Shown piece after piece: positions 26,601-41,600 of a stretch of 64,000 nt of DNA (its first letter is position 1; every line of letters starts with the position of its first letter). The notes under the pieces were generated by a model. That model made no database searches. It was given only the letters and a program-made list of their open reading frames with translations, and was not told the origin of the DNA. A program made the position numbers and the translations under genes. The DNA is from Firmicutes bacterium ADurb.Bin080 (GTDB taxonomy: Bacteria; Bacillota; Clostridia; Christensenellales; DTU072), in contig MWEH01000138.1 of NCBI GenBank assembly GCA_002070965.1, positions 20,499-84,498 on the forward strand, given 5' to 3'.

Positions 26601-29600
26601 GGATGATGCAGTTACTTTTCTAGTTGATATTACGGATGGATACTTAGCAACAACTTTCTATGGTGTTGAATTTTCAGGGTATCTGTACGATACGGCTAAT
26701 GGCAGAGATACTTACAAAATACTCTTTGATGAATATTATGATGGGATATCTACAGTTGATATAATAAACGCTGCAGAGTACACTGCTAAGCTTACTGGTC
26801 TGTCTGGAACTAATGGTATGAATTACGAATATCGTATAAGTGATGCAGATTATTCTGATTACACCATCGAAAGCAGGGAGGTTACTCTCTCATTTAGTGA
26901 GAAATACACAGTTGGAAGTAGAATCTCCTCATACAACTATACATATGATGGGAGTTTACAGGGAGCAGTTTTGACCATTGGTAATATAGTATCTGGGGAA
27001 TTAATTAGCTTTGAAATGTCTTTCACCGGGAATAGTTCCAAAAAGTATATGGATTCCGCATTTAGCATAACACATCCTTCCAACATAATAAATGGGGATG
27101 GTGTTGGAACTTCAGATACTATTGGTCTAGCTGGTAAGGATTATGGTACTTTTGTTCCTGGGATAATGGCAGTTATTGATACGAACAGTAATAGTAGTGC
27201 GGTAAAAGGAAATTATTCCCTCCCGTCCTCCGGAAGATCACAATCTTTTTATGTACAAAAACGTACAGTAGGTATTACTTGGCCTGGAATAACTGTATTG
27301 ACATATAACGGGAATATCCAATCTTTAGTAGCAACTGCGACAAATGTAGTATCTGGAGATACAGTTACTTTCTCCTACGACAATACACTTGGACTAAATG
27401 AAGGACGGGTCTTGGCTAATTCCGCAACAAATGTAGATGAATATTTAGCTTCTATAACTGGATTTGTCCTCAATCCAGCCTCCAATTACTCCCTTCCTGT
27501 ATCAGGGCTTACGTGTAATTGGCAAATTGACCCAAGAATCGTCGATTTAAGTTGGCCGGCCGGGGTCACGTTTACTTATGATGGAAGTGCTCATGAGGTA
27601 AAAGCAACTATCTCAAATGTCGCTGGATCGGATTCTGTAGCAGTTGTTTACACTGAAAGTGGTACAACTGTAATAGAACCAACAACATATCAGAACAAAT
27701 CCTCGGCTACTAATGCGAACGATTATATTTCTATTGTCAGTAGTCTCGTCAATAATGAGCTAGGCAATTACAGGTTGCCATCGGACACTGGTGGAGTTGA
27801 TCCTGTAGAAGATGCTCTTTACGATAAACTAACAAAAATTTGGAAGGTAAATAAGAGAACTATATCCTTCACTTTTGGCAGTGGAAGCTTTATCTATGAT
27901 GCTACAGCTCGAGGAATAAATGTCACATTTAGTAATTTGGTTGCTACAGATACTGCCTCAAACAATATAGGCTTGACAGTCCGAGTAGATTCTATATTAT
28001 CCGGAGGGGGGACACCTTATTCTGTTACTACTTCCGGTTCAACAACCTCATTTGTTCACCCTGTGCAAAAAACTAATGCAGATACTTATACAATATATGT
28101 GACCGGGGTAACTAGTACTAATTACACTCTAACCCCGGATAGTGGGGCATTCACCATAGAGAAAGCGACTCTTACCATCGAGTATGAAGAGGTTTATACT
28201 TCTGGAATGCGATTAAGCGAATACTCATATACTTACTCCAAAGCTTCACAAGGAGCAGAGGTTACAGTATCTGGGATTTATCAAACACTTGGGGTATATG
28301 ATGCTATTAGTGTGTCGGTGACATATTCAATTCCAGGAGGAACTACAACAGCTTCACTATCTAATTTGGGAGCTTCAACTGCTGTTGGGACCTATTCAAT
28401 GATTGAGGCGAGAGCATTACAGTACTCAGTATCCCTCGATAGTGTAGATAACACCAATTATAAACTCGGTACGAATGATGAAAGAACTTGGACGATCAGC
28501 GCTAAAGAAATTTCTGTTGATTGGAACATAAATGGTACACCGAATCCTTATCTCTCCGCGTTTTCATACAACGGGGCTTCCCAAGGAGTAGTCGCTGTCC
28601 CATCTGTCACTGGTGTTACTGCCGGGACTTCAGGAGCAGGGGTATATTCGGGTGATACTGTAAGCATGGTTTACACTGGGACTCGTACTGCGACAAACGC
28701 AGGTTCATATGTAGTTACTGCAAATTCATCTACTTCAAGCCCAAGTTCTAATTATTCTTTGAGTCTCGCTTCAAAGTCTAAATCTTGGGCCATAGATCCA
28801 TTAGTTGCAGAACTCTCCTGGACAGGTTCATCTTTAGGAGATTGGGATGGATTAAGTGTTGTTTATGATGGAAATCAACACAATGTTCAAGTTAGCGTTT
28901 CAAATAAATGTGGAACTGATTCATTTACTTTTTCTTATTCTGGTGATACGAATAAAACACTCGCTAATTTAGGTGCAGCTTCATACAATACCGAAGTTAC
29001 TGCTTTGGGTAATGCAAATTATACATTAGTGGGTTCAATTGGAACTGATACAGACTGGTATATTGAGAAGAGAGTTGTTTCGGTGGGATGGGCAGGGAGC
29101 ACTCAGTATGTGTACAACGGAGGTAGTCAGGGAGTTACTCTTACATTAGGAAATATTATTTCTGCAGATACAGTGGAATTCGAAGTTGTAACTTTAATAA
29201 CTGGAAGTGCTGATACGATTTCTTGTTCAATCACATCTGGGGGATCTGTCGATTCAGACATGTTAGTCCCTCCCACTTTCACTATCACAAACTCAGTTGG
29301 GTCATCCTCTACAGTTGCGGTATTTAGAGCCAAACTATACGGTACATATGAAGTAGATTCTATTACAACTACTTCCAACAATAATTATACCTTATCCGGA
29401 GAGGATATTGATTTTGAATGGGTTATAGGAAAGAGAAAAATTAATATAACCTGGGCACATATTGGCTCTGATCCTCACATATACAACACAACCGAAATGG
29501 GTGTTAGTATGTATATTACTGGATTGTATGCAAATTCAGAAAGGTCAGGAGGGTATGATGAAGTAATATTCTCTACTCAAGTAAGTGGTGCACTGACAAC

Positions 29601-32600
29601 AAATGATATTAGCAGTGGCGTGACAATTTTAGAGAATAATGAAGAATATTACTTTAAAGCTCGCAATGCTAGTTCCTATTCAATAACTATTCTAGAAGCT
29701 CTTACTGGCCAAGACAGTCTAAACTATGAGATTAACCCGACAAGTACTAAAACATTCGGGTTTACTATTAACAGGAAAAGCATAGATCTCATTGCGGGGT
29801 GGTTCTCAGGAACATGGGTATATGGTGGTTCAAATACCAGTTATTCTGCATTTACTTATGACAATTCTAATAAAGTAGTCTCTGCTGGTTTTACTGCTGG
29901 GGCAACAAATGACTCAGATGGGTATGTATATACATCTGATGCTGCGTCAGTAGAGTTTGATTATTCTACAGGAACGAATTTAAACATACAAAAGAATGCT
30001 GGGACATATACATCCACTGCGACAACCAAAAACTCAGGAATAAGTAATAATTATTCAGTTTCTACGAACGAAACACTATCTGGATGGGTAATAAACAAGG
30101 CAACGTTAGGGATAAACTGGACTTCATCTGGGTCAAATTATACATACAATGGGCTGGATCAAGGAATCCAAGCAAATATTTCTGGAATAGCATCAAGCGA
30201 TTCAATTAAACTTACTACTTCTTTCAATGGGCCGTTTACAGTACAGGGATTTACTTCATTGAGTAGTATAACTGTGAATGGTTCGTACAGCTTTAAGGCA
30301 AAGAATGCTTTCTATACTCTTGGAGCTCTAGACGAATATGAAGTCTCTATCACCGCTGTAACTGATGCAAATGGAAATTCGAGCACTGGTCCAAACTGTA
30401 ACTATTCAATGTCTCAAACAACAGGTGATTTTACTATTGACAAATTGCCTATTTCGTTGACTTGGGGAACTTTAAGCTTCGAATATGACGGCTTAACTAA
30501 CTCAGTTGACTTACCAGGTGTGTCTAACTTGATATCAGGAGATACTCTTACATTATCTTGGGATATTTCATCTGTCCATTCAGCAATAGATGCAGGAACA
30601 TATTCTGCGGTAGTATCAGCTACTCTTAATGGAGCCTCTGCGGATAATTATACTACTGGCTCTGTGGATCTTTCTGAAAATTGGTTCATTACAAAGAAAA
30701 CAATCGCAATTTCATGGGCAAATGATCCTACCGGGACCTCTGCTGGTGGAGACTATAAATATTACTACACCGGAAGTTTGGTGGGAGTAATCGCTTCTGT
30801 ATCTGGCCTTGTTTCTGGCGATTCAGTTACCTTTGACTATTCAAATATTGGATACTGGGCTGGAGTAAGCCGTCATAACTACGGTACTTTCGGAACAACA
30901 TCTGTCAGTAGTGTATCGCCTACGTGGAACTATAAGTCGATTGATTCTGCTGAGTTGACCTCTCCAAACTATTATGCTGTATCTATTACTGGTTTAAATG
31001 CTTTAGCTACTGATGAAAGTGCCAACTATACTATTTCAGTCGTAAGTACATTAACTAGAAGCTGGGAAATATACAGAAAGCAACTTGGAATTTCATGGGA
31101 TGATTATGGCACTTTCGATTCTCTTGATACTGCTATCTACGATGGTGAGGAGCATGGGAAGACACTTTTAGTTAGCGGGATTGTCACTGGGGATATACTT
31201 ACAGTTTCTTATAATTCAAATGGAACCCTGTATACGGATCCCACTCTAACTTCTGGTGTTACAGAAATAGCAAATACCGAATATGACATATATGCCGTTA
31301 ATGTACGTGTTGGAGCATATTCAGTTACTCTAAACTCACTGGGAGGAAGCTCGAGTGGAAACTACAAGCTACCTTCTTCTGGATTGTCTGCTTCGTTTAC
31401 TATCAATCCCTTAGCTGTAAGCATTTCTTGGGAAACTGATACAAAAGTATTACAGGGGGCAGAGGCATTTGTTGATTTTGACACGGTTTATTGTGGGATA
31501 GAAAGATTCGTTATTGCTTCAGTTTCTAACGCTGTTTCGGGAGATACAGTTAATTACATTTACTCAGGAACCAGAGTTGCCACATATGCTTCTGCTTCTG
31601 ATTATACTGCCTCAATTACTGGCTTGACTGGGGTAGATGCCTCCAATTACACCTTGACGGGAGCTACTGGATCTTTAACTCAAGATTGGTCAATCGCTAG
31701 GAGGACAATTACACTATCCCTAGATTACAATGATGGTGATATTAGATATGATTCGACCGGCGTTAGCGTGGGTGTAGGGACATATGATATTGAAGTTATT
31801 GAAAGTAACAAAGTATCTGGAGATACTATCTCTTACAACGCTAGTACTTTCTCAGATACGTTGGAAGGGTCGTACACGACAACTCAATTTGTGGATGTTG
31901 GACGATACTATGTAAAGGTTAATCCAATACTCAGTTCTGGAGTGGGGTTAAATTATCAGTTATCCTCCACGGATCCTTTAACTTTCAAAATTCTGCCCAG
32001 AATTATCTCAGGTGCTTCTCTCGAGTGGTTATACTATACATACAATTCTTCAACCAGCACATATAGCGCTACATCCTCATACACATGGGGAGATCCAAAG
32101 TCATTTATTTCTTCGGTAACTTACCATAACTTTGAAATTGATGGTAGCGGAGATTCAGTTTTAGATACTGAACTAACAAGTGGAGATGTGTCAATAGATG
32201 TCGCTAATTATTTCGGGCTTTGTACTTGTGGGCTTAGCGCAACAGCTTTCGATACTATTGCTTCTGGAAAGGCATTTTATACTGATCAAGATTTACAAAA
32301 CGAGGCAGGGACTTTAACTTTGTCTCATGAGATTGAATTTGTGAATTCAAATTACTCAACATTTATCGGAGACGGCACTGATGGAACACTGGGACTCACG
32401 TATTATGTTGATTCGTCGGATGCAACCCTAGGTGTACACAGGGCGCATCAATGGCCGGCAAATCATAATAATCCAAATGCAGCGACTCTCCCGACCAGCG
32501 GACCACAACATGCAGGGAAATATTGGATAATACTTGAGATAAGTGGGGTCAATAGCGCAAACTATATTTTTGATAATCTAGATGTAGGCTATTCCAATTT

Positions 32601-35600
32601 AACCTATTTCTATGATGATACCGACGGAGATTATCTTAAATTCCCACAAATTAGCCCAGATACTCCAGTAACACCTGCCTTGCCCGAATTAACAGATAGT
32701 GATCCTACTTTAGGCACCCTAAAAATTAGGTATGTTCTTACTTTCACAATCAGTCAAATCACAACCGGTTTCACTCCGGGAACAGACCCAACTGAATATC
32801 AAGAAACCTTTAATGGAGAAGGATTTGATCCATCTCCAACCTTCACGGGAATTCCGGATACAGATATAATTGTTGAAATAACTGAGGGGATTAATGAACC
32901 ATATACCGTTAGTTATGCGAATTACAAAGCCAATGGACTGAGAGATTCAGGAAAATACAGAATTGATTTTTATGATATGTCGGCTGGGGGTGGAAGCACT
33001 GATTGTGATACTGCCAATGGGACATACACCAGTGTAGTTTACGCGCTAGTTATATTGCCGAAAGTGGTATTCATAAATTCTGTTGGAGTATATGGGACCT
33101 TAACAAAAGTTTATGACGGAACAAACACATATACTGGATGGACGAGCCCATCTTACATTTCCTCCGCATTATCTAAATTTAATGATGGGAAATTCATTAC
33201 GGGTACGGACATTACATTGTACTCATATTACAATAGCGAGAAGGTAGCTACCGCAACAAATGTTACTTTTGCCTTAACTGGCTCAGATACGGCAAACTAT
33301 TTATTACATACCTCGGAATTGTTAGGAGATATTGGGACAGGCATTGATTTTTACAGCGATAACACATTATTGACTCTAGTTGATGAAACTACTACGTCAC
33401 ATGATTTTAATTACCTTGGAGAAAATTATGGTGAATTTGTTGGGGACGGGACGGATGGAACACTTGGCGTCACATATTACTTCGATCCAGCTGACATTGA
33501 CACTTCAGTTTATTTTGGGGAATTTTTATCTATTGTCCCGAGTGGAAAGACTTTTTACTCTGATAATCTTCTTCATACATCGGTCGGGACACTCTCTTCT
33601 GCCCAAATTATTACGTATATAGATGATGTTTGTTGCTCTTTTGTTGGGGATGGGACGGATGGAACACTTGGTGTTACGTATTACGTAGCAACAAGCGATT
33701 GCACTGTTACTTATTCTTTAGATTATCCAAATGTAACTTCCCTTTCCGCGTCTATCACGAAGAGAACTCTGGGTGTGTCTTGGACACAGCAAACTACATA
33801 CACTTATGATTCTTCTCCTCACACTGTCGAGCCTACATTTACCAATATAGCTGCAAGAGATGTAGGCAATATCACTCCTTCTGTTGATGGAACTACGACG
33901 GCGACTGCTGCGGGAGAATATGAAGCTACTGTGGATGGAATCGAGGGCGCAATGGCAGGTAATTACCTATTACCGTCAACAGGACTGTCTCAAGAATGGG
34001 CTATCGAGAAAAAGCTTATCTCGCTAAATTGGACCGATATTGGCGCACTAATTGCTGACTCAGCAGTGTACAACACTACTTCATTTGGCAAATCCCTTGC
34101 AGTATCCGGAATTGTAGCTGGTGATGATGTATACTTTACTGGAAGCATAGAAGGGACACTTTCAGTCTCAGATTTAGTATTTTCTCTTGGAGTGTCTGGT
34201 GCTGTCACCAACACATCATATAGTTTCAGCGATGCAAATGTAGGGGAAAGAGTTATTTCGATTAGCGGACTTGGCACAGGAGGAGATAGTCCAAACTACG
34301 AATTGGCTTCCTCTTCTGCCGACTTTGAGATTACTAAGAAGAATATTACTATTACTTGGGACAAAGATATATTGTCACCTTCTTGGAATGCATATTCAGT
34401 AGTTTACTCCAAACAATTGAGAGAAGTAATCCCCGAGTATACATCTGGAGCGACTATTGATTCTGATGGCTATGTATATACCGCTGATGTATCCAATCTT
34501 TCACTCACTCCTTCTCTAGCGGAAGCAACGGATGCTGGACAATATAATGCATCAGTAGTGCTTGCAGGGAGTGCCTCTATGAACTATCACATATCTGTGG
34601 GAGCTTCTCAGGCTTGGGAAATAACGAAAAAGAGTATCTCAGTTTCAATAGAATCTACCGATGCTAATCCATCCAATTATTTATTCACTTATGATGGGCA
34701 AGATCATGGAGTAAAGATAACTGCTTCAGGGATTATTTCAGGAGATTCAGTACAATTTGATTACACTTATGGTGCGGGAGTCTCATTATCTGGGTCTAAT
34801 CCTTATTATGCACTTGCAAAGAATACGGGGAATTATTCGATTTCAGTTAATGATGTAGTAGTAGGAACAATGAATTATACACTTGCTTCTTCAGAAAATG
34901 AAAATTGGACTATCGAACCAAGGGTTATAACATTGAGCTGGAGTGAAGATTCATTAACATATAACGGAGCCAGTCAATCAATAACCGCGTCAATAACCAA
35001 CATGGTAGTAGGTGACACTCTTGGATTATCTTATGTCAATGATGCAACTAATCGTAACTCTGCAACCCATACTGGAACTTATACTGCGAAAATTGACGCT
35101 ATTATTGGAGTATCCGCTACTAATTACGAACTTCCTGCGTTAATAACAAAAGTTTGGGAGATAGTTGCTAAATCTTTAGCATTTACTTGGATTGATTATA
35201 ACGGGGCTTCGGATACTGTCATTGATGTTGTTTATGACAAGACATATTACGGTAAGACCCTCTCTGTTTCGGGAATTATTGGTGCAGATGTTGTTACGAT
35301 GACATTCTCTGCTACCGAGAATGTATCTTCTACATTTACTAGCGGCAATCAAATAGCCAACAGTACCCCATATAATTTCACTGCAATACTTGCGAGGGAT
35401 GCTGGATACTTAGTTACTATTACAGGCGTTTCTAACTCAAACAACGACTATTCTCTCCCCCAAACGGATATTTCGAGGACATTTACAATCCAAAGAAAGA
35501 CAGTGGGAGTAAGTTTTGATTATACAACTCCGTTTACATATGATAGAACTAATCATACTGTTGAGGCCGAAATTTCTCTGATTGAAATGGGCGATACAGT

Positions 35601-38600
35601 TACTTTATCTTATGACACAACAGGTGCACTTGAGGAAGGGAAAATACTGAAAATTACTGCAAAAAATGCAGGATCTTATAGGTCAAAGATAATTGCTTTA
35701 GACGGCGCGGACAGTTCTAATTATAAGCTTCCTGTTTCGGGGACGTATCAGGATTGGGCAATAGATCCCCTAGTGGTTACTATCTCTTGGACCGAGACTT
35801 TATCATATGTATATAACAGCTACCCAGTAAGCATAGAAGCGACAGTCACCAATAAGGGAGATGATACTGTAGCCTTGACTTTAAGAAATGATGGAGTATT
35901 TGATGGAAGCAGAATGCAATATTACACTGCAGTTAATGTTGGTTTATACAAAGCTGTGATTACAGCTGTAAGCAATCTGAACTACACTCTTACTGGAGTT
36001 TCTGCGAACGACCTATATAGGGATTGGGAGATTACTAAAGCGGATATCACAAATCTATCCCTCACAAATAAATCCGTAACGTACGATGGTAACAGTCAAA
36101 GCATTTCTGTTCCTTATTCAGTAACTCAATACGGAGATCCAATCACAGTAGATTACGAAATTACACCGTGTGGAGGGGCTGCGAGTCCGGGTAATAGTGC
36201 AACTAATGTACATATTTACTTAGGAAATCCGTCTTATTACATTGTTACTGCAACGGTTGATGCAGGGGCTAATTATAATCCTATTACTTCTGCTGATCCG
36301 CTATCTGCAAATCTTACAATTAATCAAAAGGTTTTGGTTTTTGAATGGGGTATATTGGGACTTTTAAATCTCGATTATGAAGTTGAGTACGATGGTGGGT
36401 CACACGGTATTTCTTTGGAGATTAGTGGGATAGTAGGTGCGGATGTAGTAATATTTACCTATTCCATTGAGGACACTCCCGATTATGATGAATTGACCAG
36501 CGGTGTTACCCAAATATCTAATTCAACAGAATATGATATGACCGCAATCAATGTTGGCTATTATGGCAGAAAGGTCACTCTTGTTAGTAATACCAATTAT
36601 AGTTTACCAGCAAACAATGCTGAGTATTTTGAGATTACTCCAATTGTTGTAGATGTAGATTGGACAGGCGTCACAGTTTCTTACACTTACGATGGAAGCG
36701 CTAAGACTGTTCAAGCGACAGTTACGGGTATATTAGTCGCTGATTTAGCTGATGTAAACCCCGTTTATGACGATAGTGGTATTCCAGTAGATGGAGTGGG
36801 TGGAGTAGGTAGAATAAAACACAGCATTGCCACCAATGCAGATGAGTATATTTCTATTCTTACAGGACTTTCAGGAGTAAAGGCAGATAATTATACTTTG
36901 CCAGGGAATGGACTAACAAAAGAATGGGTTATCAACCAACTTGCAGTCACCGTAAGTTGGACAGGCAATGCAACTTATGTTTACAACAAGACTACAAGGC
37001 AAGTCACGGCGACAGTAATAAATAAGGTTGGCGGAGATAATATAACTCTAACTTATATTTCCTCGGGGACAGTAATAGACAATGAATTAAATGAAAGAAC
37101 TTACTCAAATTCTGCTGTAAATGTAAATTTATACCGTGCGGAAATATCCGATTTAGGGAATGATAACTACACACTTACCGGGGGAGTAGATGTTTATTTC
37201 GATTGGGCTATAACAAAAGCTAGTATTACAAATGTATCGCTCAAGAATGTTACTGTAACATATGATGCTTTAACACATCCCATTACACTAAGTATAAGTG
37301 GAAATCCTGACAGAAGTGTCTCTGAAAACTCATACGTGACTGAGACTCAGTTTGGGGATGCGATTACAATATCTTACACGATTACTCCTTACGGAGGTTC
37401 TTCCGTATCAGGGAACAGCGAGACAAATGTTCATATGTATTCAGGATCCCCGTCCTATTATGTTGTTAACGCTTCTGTTCCTGCCAGTACCAACTATGAT
37501 GCCTTCTCTGTAGGTGCAAACCTAACTATTTCTCAAAGAGTAATTCAAACAGTTACTGTCGATGGAGATAAAAATGTAACCTACAAGGGGACTGAGTATA
37601 GCATAGATGCCTCTAAGAGCGATTATACAGATTTAGGAGCAGGAGTTGGTCATACAATTACCTTAACGCAAAAAATTAATGGGGTTGACGGGAATAGCGC
37701 TATAAACGCAGGCATATACACTGTTGTTACTACTGCAAATGTAATGAATGGAATTGATATTAATACTAACTACCAAACACTTTCTGTCAGTTCAGTTCTT
37801 ACGATAAACAAAGCAGTCGCTGTTAATGCATCCGATGGAAGCTCAATTGTATACAATTCTGCGACTGTAACATACAATGGATATTTGAGGTTCTTAAATG
37901 TAAATAATTCTGCTGCTGGAGATGAAACTTCAGTATCTTCCTCAGCTTTAAGCTCACTTAATATTAAGCCTCAAGGAGTGGATCTTAGTCCTGAATTTGA
38001 TGGCGACGAAGTCCCCTTATCTTATATGTATGGTCTGGTACTTGGATCATATGTCAACGTGTATAATGGAGTAAAGGATGCAGATATCTATTACTTAGAG
38101 TTAACAGTTGAAGATCAAAATTACATAACTCAAACATTGACTGCAGTATTAACTATAGAGCAAAAAGATTTATCCGACTTAGATGTGAATCTTTATCTAG
38201 TTGGGTATACTGCGACTTACAATGCGCAATTCAGGAGCCTTGGTGTGAATACAATTAATGAAACCAAGTATTCGGCTGACACTTCGGTTGCACTTCTTGC
38301 TTTTGACACAGGAACAGTCGCGTATGTTTACACCCAAGACCCTCTTGGTTTTGCTTATGAAGGGACTTGGAATACATTCACTAACAGCATTATTAAAAAT
38401 GCAGGGACATATTACGTTAAAGCATCAGTTGCTGGAGGGGCTAACTATATAAGCACTGAAAAAGCAGCAACTGTGATTATTAATCCTGCAACAATTACGG
38501 GAATAACACTTGGTGGCGGGGGTATATTCACATACGATGGAATTAATAAGGTTTTGACTGTGTCAGGCACAACAACTCAATATTCAGAATCAGTTGGGGT

Positions 38601-41600
38601 ATCGTATGAAACTATTCCTTCCGACTATGCAACAAGCGGGATATACAATGGTGCGAGGAATGCAGGTTACTATGTAGTTTATGCTTATGTAAATAAGTTA
38701 GGTGATGCGGGATATAATTCTAACTACAACACACTTAATTTAAATTCATCACTAGAGATAACAAAAGCTACAATGTGGAATGCATCTGATGTGGGAGGAG
38801 CTTTCTATTACAATAACGCATCTATGACCTATGATAGCTATACGCATTTTGTAAATGTTATGTTGACTAACGTGAGTGGTTTATCCCTCAATCAAGTGTC
38901 TTCCCTAGCGATCGCTCCATCCACAAATCTTTTATACAACTCTGATACGGCGAATGTTATTTATAAATATAACACTTTGAATAACGGTACCTACCCCAAC
39001 AACTTCTCTGGAACTAAGAATGCCGGAACTTACTATCTGCAAGCGACTTTAAATAACTCAAATTACAATGATGTGATTTTGACTGCAACATTTACTATTG
39101 ATAAATATCAGACATCGGCGAATTGGACGGGTACAGGCTCAACTTACACTTATAATGGGTTCGATCAAAAAACTTCCATTTCAGCCTCATATACATTGCT
39201 CCCAAACGATGGGACGACTGAGAGTCTTTCTTTAGAATACGGATATTCCACTGATAGTCTCGGACCATTTACGGGTGTAATAGACTTCATGAATGCTGGA
39301 TACTATGAAGTTGCCGCAGTTGGGTGGAATCCTAATTACGACTTATCTAATACAGTGAAGAGCTTGACAATGCTCAAAGCTTCTATTGTGAGGTATCTTG
39401 TTGATAATTCAGTCTCTTATAACAAAACCACAAGGTATATAAGCGCTGGAATAAGTGATTCTGTTCCAGATGTGTCCGCATATGATTCAAATAATACTTC
39501 CGGCATTAGTCTCCTTGGAAGCGATACTTCAACCATATATTATTATAGTCAGGATCCAGCAGGCGCATACGTTATTATTGATGGAGAAGGCGTCGTATAT
39601 GACCCTCTGTCTCATGATGGGATGACAAGATATTCTAACTTTACTGGAGCCTTTAATGCGGGAATTTATTCTCTTAGAGCGGTTATTAGTGCGGGATACA
39701 ATTATAATGTTTGGGACGACACTGCAACCTTAACAATAAGCCCTGTAGAAATTTTGAATATTTCTCTTTCAGGATATACTGGTACTTATGATGGCGGTGA
39801 ACATTCTACAACACTAGTTAACACAAATGGTGCTGGGATAACACAGTATGGAGATGAGATTTCAGTCCAATATACTATGCTTCCTTTGGACGCCGTACTT
39901 TCGTATGGTGGATTGGACCTTGAAAACAGGGCTCTTAGTGCAGGTGAATACGCGGTTAACGCGGAAATAACTGTTTCCGGAGGCAACTACATAGACCTTG
40001 AATTAGATGCTCAGATTTCTATTGCAAAGGCTACCATGTACAATCTAGAGGATACCAGTACGGACTTTTACTTTAATAGTGAAGATGATCCGCTTAATCC
40101 TAGATGCTATGATGGTTTAACTCATTATATCAATGTAATGATGACAGATGTTAGTGGATACAGTACAGTAAAAGTAAGTTCTATTTCGGTATCCCCCGCT
40201 AACAACACTTCACATGTGGGAGATAGTGCTTCAGTAGAATACTATTACTCTTTAGTTTCGGGTGGTCCTTATTTATCAGTATTTAATGGACAGAAAAATG
40301 CGGGAACGTATTATTTAGAAGCCATCATTTCAAACTCCAACTATGTTGAACAATCGTTCGAAGGGACCCTAATTTTACTTCCCTTTGAGGCTACAGTGAC
40401 TTGGGATGGAGAAGATGGGGAGTATACGTATTCTGGTTTTGAGCAAACAAATAGTATTAGCGCTTCCTATGAACTGGTTGTTGCCGATGGTGGGACAGAT
40501 ATGCCACTGAATGTAGATTTTTCTTATTCGATAGATGGCGTAATTCCTTATGCATCAGTAGAAAACTTTAAGAATGCGGGGTATTACAAAGTTTCTGTAA
40601 GTAGCCCAGATCCAAATTATAGCTTTGCCATGTCGATCACTTCGCATGATTTAGAAATGAATAAAGCTTTGATTTTGAGATATATGCTCGATAATGCTGT
40701 TAGCTTTGATAACACTTACCATTTTATTAGCGCTGGAACTAGTGCTTCAGTAGTGGATACTTCCACATATGAAAATGGTACGGAAGTCTTGAATCTGCTC
40801 GCAAGTGACACTGCTTCAGTTGTCTATACCTTTACAACTGACCCATTAGGTTTTGGATATCTTGGAACATGGGATCCTTTCAATGGCGCATATAATGTTG
40901 GAACATATTATCTAAAAGGGACTATTGATGCCGGATATAACTATGAATTATGGACCGAAACAGCAATATTGTCGGTTAATATTGCAAATATCAGCAACAT
41001 TACCCTTTCTGGATTGACCGTTACTTATGATGGACAAGTTCACGTGCTCATTATTTCGGGTGACGAGACACAGCACGGTCTCGCTGTTCCAGTAAGATAC
41101 GCGATGTCCCCTGAAGATCTCGAAAATGGCGGGGTCCTTAATGGGGCAAAGAGTGCTGGAAGTTATACTATATATGCTTACGTAAACGAAGAGGGATTGA
41201 CTGGGTATAATTCGAATTATAACGAGTTGCTACTAAATGCAACTTTATTGATTGAAAAAGCTCAAATGTATAACAATACAGACAGCAGTACTAACTTCTA
41301 CTTCACGGATGAAAGTCTTACTTATGACAGCTATGTATACTACATTAATGTTGTTTTAACCGCTACCGCAGAAAGCCTTTCCACAAGTAATACAACTACT
41401 CTTCCTGTTTCCCCTGCAAATGCAACGGCATTCTCTGGCGATCAGGCTACAGTAAACTACATGTATTCCCTCGTATCAGGTGGACCATATAATTCAGTTT
41501 TTTCGGGGACTAAAAATTCTGGAACATATTACCTTGAGGCGACCATGTCAAATTCGAACTATATTAGCAATGTTTACACCGCAACTCTATCTATTAGCCC

